Positions 19,426-26,223 of a stretch of DNA of 64,000 bases are shown here, in pieces (within the stretch, counting starts at the first letter, position 1; every line of letters starts with the position of its first letter). The notes beneath the pieces are model-generated. The model did no database searches. It was given only the letters and a program-made list of their open reading frames with translations, and was not told the origin of the DNA. The translations under genes and the position numbers were made by a program. Source of the DNA: Flavobacteriaceae bacterium (GTDB lineage: Bacteria > Bacteroidota > Bacteroidia > Flavobacteriales > Flavobacteriaceae); assembly GCA_040880345.1 (NCBI GenBank), contig JBBDIQ010000034.1, positions 20,566-84,565 on the forward strand. The letters are read 5' to 3'.

Positions 19426-21291
19426 TCATTCATCGCGGGGTAGTTTGTTTTTGAGTTCGATTAGGAGTTTGTCTGCTATTTCTATTAATATGTTTGTTTT
19501 TTGTTTTTGTTTGAAGGGGTAGGTGTGTTGAATGGTTCTGTAGTGGTCGAGGAAGTTGAAGAAGGGGGTTTCCAGTTCCTGGAAGAGGTATTCGTAGCGT
19601 TTTAGATCGGGGTTGGCGTAGAGGCATAGTTGCCAGAGGGCTTTGCTGTGGAGGTTGTTTGGGTAGTAGCTTATGGTGGCGAAGAGGTAAGTTTTGCAGA
19701 AGGTTTGGAAAAACAGGGAGAATAAATTGGCTACGCCACTGTAATTGTCTGTTAGGCGGTCTGCCATTAATAGGAGTTGGTCGAACACCTTAACGGTTTG
19801 TTTATAGTAAAGCTCGAGGTCAGGATAGTATGGTGCGTATGGATGTTCCCAATGGGGTTTGGGGTGGTATGGTGATGTGGTGAAGATGCGGTTTTCTTCT
19901 TTTATTATTTTTTTGAAAAAATCTTGCTGGGCATAGAGCCATTCTTGTATCCAGCTGCGGGTGTGGGCTATAAGGACAAACTCTGCCTTGTTGCCGGTTT
20001 GGGCTTGTAATTTGTTGGTTAGGTCTTTTAGGAGTTGGTTGCTGAAGCCTTTGCCTATGAGCAATAGATAGTAGGTTTGGGTGTTGGCGTGGGTGGTGTG
20101 GTGAAATTGGTAGATTTCTTCGGGGGGGTTGGTTTTTTGGATGGTGGTTGTAACTAGATTGACGAGCCCTTCGATACAATTTTTATTTCGACTATCGTCG
20201 AAATAAAAATCACTCAGGGTGACGGCCCCTCGATACAATTTTCTCTCGACTTTGGTCGAGAGAAAATCACCAGCCGGAGGCGGGCACGCTCGGGTGACGG
20301 CGCTTTGTGTCTCGATACATTTTTCAATGCAGTTATCACTGCTTTGAAAAACACCAGCCTTCGCTAAAGCTTCGGTAGGCAGGCTCGACATGACAGCGCT
20401 TCGATACATTTTGCTTCGTTCCTCAGCAAAACAGTCAGCGTGACAGTGCTTAGATATCATTTTCTTTATCATTTTGAAACGGGTTTCGACCATTTCAAAT
20501 ACGCTTTGTTCTGCTATTTCGAAGGCTTTGTAGTGTTCGCTGCCGAAGAAGCATTCTGCTTCCAGGGAGGTTTTTTTGGCTTTTTCTATGAGGTCAATGA
20601 GGTGGAATGTGTTGCCGGATTTTTTTACGAAATGCTTTTGGATTTGGGGGGCGTATTTAGTGAGGTTGTGTATTCTTTCGTTTAGGGTTTGGTGGGTGTT
20701 TGGGGTGCCTGTATATAAGGATTCAAGATACTCCAAGTTGTGGTTTAGGAGGTTTTCATAGTGTAGCAATACTGCGGCGGAGCAGTCTGCGGCGAGCATG
20801 GGGAATAGTTGTGCCCGAAGGAGCTCATGGTCGTGGTGGAATTGTTGTTTGTAGGCTTTGTATTTTTTGCGGTGTTTCTTTTTGTCTGCGGGGTATAACA
20901 GCAGGTGGTTTTCCAGGTCTTTATTGGTATAAATGAGTGCTGCAGGTTGGCAATAGGCAAAAATGAAGGGATTGCCGATTTTGTATTCCTGGTTGAGTTG
21001 GGTGCTATAAAAAACGTGTACAAAGGTATGATGCCGGTTGTGTAGTTTGGTGACCCATTTTTGCTTTTGGAGGGTGCCGGCTTCGTGTTTGGACTGCAGG
21101 TGGACTATGAGGCGGGCGTTTTCGTGTGTGGTTTGTGGGGTGAAAAATAATTGGACTACCCGGTGGCGGTTGATGAGTTGTGGGAGGAGTTGTTTTAGAT
21201 AGGGGTTATGTAGGTGGGGAAGTTCCTTTTGGTTTCCCTGTTGTAACGAGAATAATTGTTCCGTAGCGGTGTTAGTGTATAAATCTGACAT
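19426..21291 (-). CDS. Two-lobed hypothetical protein, possibly degenerate nucleotidyltransferase/HEPN-like, with an in-frame repeat insertion
   Basis: Uninterrupted frame (621 aa from ATG 21291). Each half has a beta-rich segment (EEIYQFH..YYLLLIG) followed by a helical segment; about 95 aa in the linker are translated DNA repeats. Family call from memory of similar flavobacterial proteins. Confidence 0.55.
   Translation of the reverse strand: MSDLYTNTATEQLFSLQQGNQKELPHLHNPYLKQLLPQLINRHRVVQLFFTPQTTHENARLIVHLQSKHEAGTLQKQKWVTKLHNRHHTFVHVFYSTQLNQEYKIGNPFIFAYCQPAALIYTNKDLENHLLLYPADKKKHRKKYKAYKQQFHHDHELLRAQLFPMLAADCSAAVLLHYENLLNHNLEYLESLYTGTPNTHQTLNERIHNLTKYAPQIQKHFVKKSGNTFHLIDLIEKAKKTSLEAECFFGSEHYKAFEIAEQSVFEMVETRFKMIKKMISKHCHADCFAEERSKMYRSAVMSSLPTEALAKAGVFQSSDNCIEKCIETQSAVTRACPPPAGDFLSTKVERKLYRGAVTLSDFYFDDSRNKNCIEGLVNLVTTTIQKTNPPEEIYQFHHTTHANTQTYYLLLIGKGFSNQLLKDLTNKLQAQTGNKAEFVLIAHTRSWIQEWLYAQQDFFKKIIKEENRIFTTSPYHPKPHWEHPYAPYYPDLELYYKQTVKVFDQLLLMADRLTDNYSGVANLFSLFFQTFCKTYLFATISYYPNNLHSKALWQLCLYANPDLKRYEYLFQELETPFFNFLDHYRTIQHTYPFKQKQKTNILIEIADKLLIELKNKLPRDE
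20160..20450. repeat. Array of four palindromic REP-like units inside a CDS
   Basis: TCGATACA at 20171, 20230, 20312, 20401, each followed by a hairpin and ending in TGAC (20220, 20295, 20391, 20441). Confidence 0.9.
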
Positions 21292-21462
21292 ACAAATTAA
21301 ATTTAAGGTTACACATTGTTCATAATACGCTACATAAAGTTCGTTTATAATCAATAATGCAGTGTATAACGAAACAAATATATACTAATAAGAACAATTT
21401 TAAAAATATTTAATTAATTATTTTTGTTTTTTACGCTATTTACATAGTTTAAAACGATTCAA

Positions 21463-21681
21463 ATGACATCTAAAATGCAAATAAATAGAATTAGAGTTGT
21501 GCTTGCCGAAAAAGATAGGACTAACAAGTGGCTAGCTGAGAAAGTAGGTAAAAATAGAACTACAGTATCAAGGTGGTGTACTAATGATATGCAACCCTCA
21601 TTGGAAACACTAGTAGAGATAGCGGAAGCTTTGGATGTTGATATTAGAGAGCTACTTAATACAACAAAAAGTTCTATTTGA
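21463..21681 (+). CDS. Xre/Cro-family HTH transcriptional regulator
   Basis: NRIRVVLAEK..TNKWLAEKVGKNRTTVSRWCTN..QPSLETL..IA. Confidence 0.92.
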   Translation: MTSKMQINRIRVVLAEKDRTNKWLAEKVGKNRTTVSRWCTNDMQPSLETLVEIAEALDVDIRELLNTTKSSI

Positions 21682-21901
21682 AATCATAAATAAAGATATC
21701 CACTTCTTCTTCACTATAAAATTCACAAAGCATTTGGTAAGGCAAGGCCTTTAAATAGTTGTCTAATTCTTCTTTTTGGTCAAAGAGCTTAAAGTATTGG
21801 CCTTGGTGGTTGTAGAGATATAATTTTTTACTGCCGCCAATTAATAGGGTTTCTATGGTTCTGTTGGCGAAGTGGTGGTAGTGAGTATTTAATGAGACCA
21901 T
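21674..21901 (-). CDS. Small hypothetical protein
   Basis: 75 aa from ATG 21901; 3' end overlaps the Xre gene by 8 bp. Confidence 0.55.
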   Translation of the reverse strand: MVSLNTHYHHFANRTIETLLIGGSKKLYLYNHQGQYFKLFDQKEELDNYLKALPYQMLCEFYSEEEVDIFIYDFK

Positions 21902-22032
21902 ATTACAAGTTTTCAAAGTTTAGATAAAAATAACCTTCAATTGAGTTAGCAATAAGTAAAAATGTAGACTTAGTATCTATCGTTCTTTTATATATTTGCT
22001 CAGAGTAATTAATTACAGATTCCATAATTTGT

Positions 22033-22073
22033 TAATTTAATGTTACAAATGTAACATTAAATTATTACATTTG
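22033..22073 (+). promoter_or_regulatory. Perfect 15-bp inverted repeat abutting a -7 box
   Basis: TAATTTAATGTTACA-AA-TGTAACATTAAATTA (22033-22064), then TACATTTG (22066-22073), 10 nt before ATG 22084. Confidence 0.7.
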
Positions 22074-22083
22074 AAAGTTATTC

Positions 22084-22263
22084 ATGAAGATTAACACCGA
22101 AAAACTATTAACCGTTTCAAACTATTCAAAACTTAAAAATCTAAGTCGACAACACGTTTATAGGCTTATAAATAACAATGAGCTTACACTCGTCAAGATT
22201 GATGGAATTAGCTTTATTTATATGGATGAGAAGGCTGTAGATTTTGTCAAGAAGAGAGAATAA
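22084..22263 (+). CDS. 59-aa putative DNA-binding protein (excisionase/MerR-like HTH), not in the ORF track
   Basis: MKINTEKLLTVSNYSKLKNLSRQHVYRLINNNELTLVKIDGISFIYMDEKAVDFVKKRE; LTV..Y.....SRQ.VY.LI..L pattern. Confidence 0.7.
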   Translation: MKINTEKLLTVSNYSKLKNLSRQHVYRLINNNELTLVKIDGISFIYMDEKAVDFVKKRE

Positions 22264-22375
22264 TTTTAGAATATAATGGTTTATATCTTGTTGAAATATA
22301 GTTTATAATTTAAAATTATTTGTATCATTTTGTTTTAGAAATACTTTAATTTTAAAAAGCACATTACAAAGAAAT

Positions 22376-23740
22376 ATGGCGGAATTTAAGAGCAAAAAAA
22401 TAGAGAAAATTATTGATGAAATCATTGATCAGTATGCTTATGCTGACACAACTGATAGACCCTGGATTATCGGGTTTAGTGGTGGCAAAGATTCTACTGT
22501 TTTACTAACATTAGTTTGGATCGCACTTCAAAGAATTAGAGAAAGAAATCCTTATCCTTATCAATTAAGAAGACCTGTTCATGTGGTTTGTAATGACACT
22601 ATGGTTGAAAATCCAATTATAGCGTCTTATGTTGAAGATGTTTTAACTAAAATTGATACAGAAGCAAGAGAACAAAATCTTCCCATTTTTGTTAAAAAGA
22701 CAACTCCAAAACTTGAAGAATCCTTTTGGATCAATGTAATTGGTAAAGGATACCCGGTGCCTAATAATACTTTTAGGTGGTGTACTGATAGATTGAAAAT
22801 AAAACCAACATCAGACTTTTTGTTAGAAAAAATTGATGAAAAAGGAGAAGCTATTGTTCTTTTAGGCACTCGTTATGAAGAGAGCGCAACAAGAGAACGC
22901 TCAATGAAAAAGCACGAAATTGATGGGAAAAGACTGTCTCGACACACAACTAATATCAATACTTATGTGTATGCTCCAATAAAAGAATTAATGCTTGAGG
23001 AAGTGTGGTACATTATTAATGCTATACCATCACCTTGGAAGTTTGATAATTCTATATTGTTTCAAATTTATTCTGATGCCAGTGCAGATGATTATGAATG
23101 CCCCACAGTCGTCACCAACAAAGAACACTCATCTTGTGGACAAAGTAGATTTGGCTGCTGGACGTGTACAGTAGTTAAAAAAGACAAATCAATGTCAGCT
23201 TTAATCGACAATGGTCAAAATTGGATGATGCCCTTATTAAAATTTCGTAACGATCTGGTTGACAACAGAAACTTAAGTGAAAACAGAATGGCCACCAGAA
23301 GAAATGGAATGCCTGCTGTAACAGAAGATGGGCATAAACAAGGTAATTATTCACCAGAATATCGCGCAAGAATGTTGAAAGAGCTTTTAGAAATTCAAAA
23401 AGACTTGCAAGTTGAACGGCCACATATAAATTTAATTACGAATCAAGAATTAATAGCCATTCAAGTTACTTGGAATCGAGATATGATTTTTGATCATAAT
23501 GTTGGAGATATTTATAAAAAAATATTCAAAAAAGATATTAGTACAAGCAACATCAAAGCACTTGATGACACCGAACGTAGAATTTTGAAAGACATTTGTA
23601 GTGAAGACGCTGAATATTATCACCTCATTGATAATTTAATCACGCTCCAAGAAAGTAAAACCTTGATGCTTTCAAAATATGGATTGCATAATGATGTTGA
23701 AAATAGAATTGAAAACTTTGTCAAAGAGAATCAACTATGA
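22376..23740 (+). CDS. dndC: DNA phosphorothioation sulfurtransferase DndC
   Basis: PAPS-reductase-like IGFSGGKDS, RWCTDRLKI, SRFGCWTCT; upstream of dndD. Confidence 0.93.
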   Translation: MAEFKSKKIEKIIDEIIDQYAYADTTDRPWIIGFSGGKDSTVLLTLVWIALQRIRERNPYPYQLRRPVHVVCNDTMVENPIIASYVEDVLTKIDTEAREQNLPIFVKKTTPKLEESFWINVIGKGYPVPNNTFRWCTDRLKIKPTSDFLLEKIDEKGEAIVLLGTRYEESATRERSMKKHEIDGKRLSRHTTNINTYVYAPIKELMLEEVWYIINAIPSPWKFDNSILFQIYSDASADDYECPTVVTNKEHSSCGQSRFGCWTCTVVKKDKSMSALIDNGQNWMMPLLKFRNDLVDNRNLSENRMATRRNGMPAVTEDGHKQGNYSPEYRARMLKELLEIQKDLQVERPHINLITNQELIAIQVTWNRDMIFDHNVGDIYKKIFKKDISTSNIKALDDTERRILKDICSEDAEYYHLIDNLITLQESKTLMLSKYGLHNDVENRIENFVKENQL

Positions 23741-25842
23741 AAATAAGCAGAGTACAATTTAATAATTTTAGGATTTACAGAGGAAGTAATGAAATATCAT
23801 TTTCTTCAACTGATTCGAAAAACATAAGTCTTATTGCAGGAAAAAATGGCTTTGGCAAAACCACTTTTTTAACTTCACTTATATGGGCATTTTATGGAAA
23901 GCTCATGGGCCAAGTTGAAGAAAAGTATAAAAAGGATATTAAGACTGCCGGGGGCTATGATAATTATGTAACTTCTCTTTTAAATAATAACGTAAAATGG
24001 GAATTTGAAAACGGTAAAAAAGCCACGCCTTTGGTTTCTGTAGAAATAGAATTAAAGGATTTATTAATTCCCACCATACCTTGTAGGACTGTAACTGTAA
24101 AAAGGTCATTCGATTTAAGAACTAACGAAGAAAAATTAAGTATTTTAATAGACGGTCTAGAGAATGAGTTGACCAAAGAAGTTGGTTATGAAGTTTTTAT
24201 AAATGACTTTATTCTGCCAAGAGAAATTGCTAAATTCTTCTTTTTTGATGCGGAGAAAATAGTTTCACTAGCCGAGGCCAAATCAAAATCTGAATTAAGA
24301 AGCTTAAGTAAAGCTTACTCTGAGGTGCTTGGAATCAAAAAATATGAGGAATTAAAAAGCAATCTTGAAGGGCTTTTAATTAAACTAAGAAGACGCGGTG
24401 TAAAGGAGGTTGAGAAGTCTAAATTAGACGAACTCATTGAACAAGTTAACAATGACCAAAAGCAAATTGAAAATAATCGTGAAAATCAAGAAAGTCTAGA
24501 TTTACAAATTGCCCTATTAAAAACGAAAAGTGACAACCTTCAAGAAAAGTTAATAAGAGAAGGCAACTCAATTACCCTTGAAGAGTTAAAGGATTTGAAG
24601 AACTCACGAGAAACCCTAAAATCTGAATCCAAAATAATTAAGAACAAGCTTAAAAAGCTTTTAGATATAATGCCATTTGTGATTGCCGGCAAAAAGCTAA
24701 CTGAATTATACAACCAAATGGCTTTAGAAAGCAGTTCAACTTCTGGAAAATCAGATTCAGAATTAATTCAAAATGAAATCAATGAGTTTTCAAATAGAGT
24801 ATTAAAAGACGCAAAGAAACTTTTTGAAGATCAGAAAACAATTGTAAGTATTGAAAAGTTACTGAATAAAAGTAAAAGTTCAATTCACGTTGAAAAAAAC
24901 AAAACTAAGGTCAGTAAAACTAAAGTACTATTGGATTTTAATGAAGAACAAGTAAGAGAATTTCAAGCCATTGTTGCGAATATCAAAACGTCTTATTTGT
25001 CTCAATTTAATGCCATAGTTCAAGAAGAAAAAAACAACAGGGTACTTTTGAGCAGAACGATCAATAAAATCAAACAAGCGGAAGCAAGAAAAGGAAACCA
25101 AATTGCAAAAGAATACCGGGAAGAAAAAGACAGGACAGACTCTGAGATTTTTAATTTAACAGGTTTAAAAAATAACCTAATTGAAAAATTAGGAGGATTG
25201 CTTGTAAAAGCAGCAACAAATAAAAAAGTACTTTCTGAATATGAGAAAAATTTCAATTTAGTTGAAACAGATAAAAAGAAATATGAAGTCACAGAAAAAC
25301 TGCTTAAGAAAATCAATGAGTTAATTCAAAAAATCAAACAAGAGAAAAAATATGCTTTACAAAAATCAATTTCACTTGGCTTAAGAAACTTGATGCATAA
25401 GGAAAATTTTGTGTCTAACGTGCGAGTTAACATCCAGGAGGATATTATGGATATTGATTTGTTAGATGAACGTGGAAATATTATTGATAAAGACAGTCTC
25501 TCTAAAGGGGAGCAGCAGCTTTATGCAACAGCATTATTAAAAGCGCTTGTTGATGAATCAGGAATTAGTTTTCCTGTGTTTATTGACAGCCCGCTACAGA
25601 AGTTCGATAAACACCATTCAAAAAACATTTTAAAGGAGTTCTACCCTTCAATCTCTGAGCAAGTAGTATTGTTTCCTTTATTAGAAAAAGAGCTCTCAGA
25701 AGATGAGTATGAGCTGTTAAAGAAGAATTTAAACACTTCTTATTTAATTATAAATAATGCACAAGGCTCCACATTTAAAAAAGTAGCTGACAACAAATTA
25801 TTTCAAGAATTTAAAAAGACAAGCGATGTTTACGCATATTAG
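23737..25842 (+). CDS. dndD: DNA sulfur modification protein DndD (SMC-like ABC ATPase)
   Basis: Walker A GKNGFGKTT, FFFFDAEKI, coiled coil, LSKGE signature, FIDSP Walker B. Confidence 0.92.
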   Translation: MKISRVQFNNFRIYRGSNEISFSSTDSKNISLIAGKNGFGKTTFLTSLIWAFYGKLMGQVEEKYKKDIKTAGGYDNYVTSLLNNNVKWEFENGKKATPLVSVEIELKDLLIPTIPCRTVTVKRSFDLRTNEEKLSILIDGLENELTKEVGYEVFINDFILPREIAKFFFFDAEKIVSLAEAKSKSELRSLSKAYSEVLGIKKYEELKSNLEGLLIKLRRRGVKEVEKSKLDELIEQVNNDQKQIENNRENQESLDLQIALLKTKSDNLQEKLIREGNSITLEELKDLKNSRETLKSESKIIKNKLKKLLDIMPFVIAGKKLTELYNQMALESSSTSGKSDSELIQNEINEFSNRVLKDAKKLFEDQKTIVSIEKLLNKSKSSIHVEKNKTKVSKTKVLLDFNEEQVREFQAIVANIKTSYLSQFNAIVQEEKNNRVLLSRTINKIKQAEARKGNQIAKEYREEKDRTDSEIFNLTGLKNNLIEKLGGLLVKAATNKKVLSEYEKNFNLVETDKKKYEVTEKLLKKINELIQKIKQEKKYALQKSISLGLRNLMHKENFVSNVRVNIQEDIMDIDLLDERGNIIDKDSLSKGEQQLYATALLKALVDESGISFPVFIDSPLQKFDKHHSKNILKEFYPSISEQVVLFPLLEKELSEDEYELLKKNLNTSYLIINNAQGSTFKKVADNKLFQEFKKTSDVYAY

Positions 25843-26221
25843 AACTAGTAAAGAGAATAAAGAGGTGGTTTCTAATTTAACAAGAAAACTAAACCTAGGA
25901 ACAGAAAATATCGTAGCAAGAATTGCCCTTACATATTCGCTTTCTCAAGACAGAAAACTAGATTTAATCGCGATTGAAAACTCAAGTGGTAAAGAATATT
26001 CAAAGAGTGTGTTATTTGGTAATTATGTAGATTATTATGTTGGTTTAGTTGCTGTGCATTATGGTCTTTATATCACCGACAAAGACCTGCCAAAATACAT
26101 CAAAATGCACATTGATGATGGGCTACAGCTTTTGGATGAAGAAGTGTCCTCAAACTCTAATTTGGATGGGTTTGATTTTTTGGTTGAGAAAATTGAGATA
26201 GGTATACAATCGATAACTTAA
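25826..26221 (+). CDS. dndE: DNA sulfur modification protein DndE
   Basis: 131 aa, ENIVARIALTYSL, GKEY, HIDDGL; overlaps the dndD stop. Confidence 0.88.
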   Translation: MFTHIRTSKENKEVVSNLTRKLNLGTENIVARIALTYSLSQDRKLDLIAIENSSGKEYSKSVLFGNYVDYYVGLVAVHYGLYITDKDLPKYIKMHIDDGLQLLDEEVSSNSNLDGFDFLVEKIEIGIQSIT

Positions 26222-26223
26222 AA

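Noticed and set aside
20160-20450. Possible mini-CRISPR array
   Set aside because: Only 8 bp are conserved, the 'spacers' are themselves palindromes of unequal length, and no cas genes are present.
22041-22056. TGTTACA-AA-TGTAACA as a fourth Crp/Fnr-like site
   Set aside because: Half-sites are in the opposite order and spacing, and the distance to the -7 box differs, so it was treated as a separate operator.
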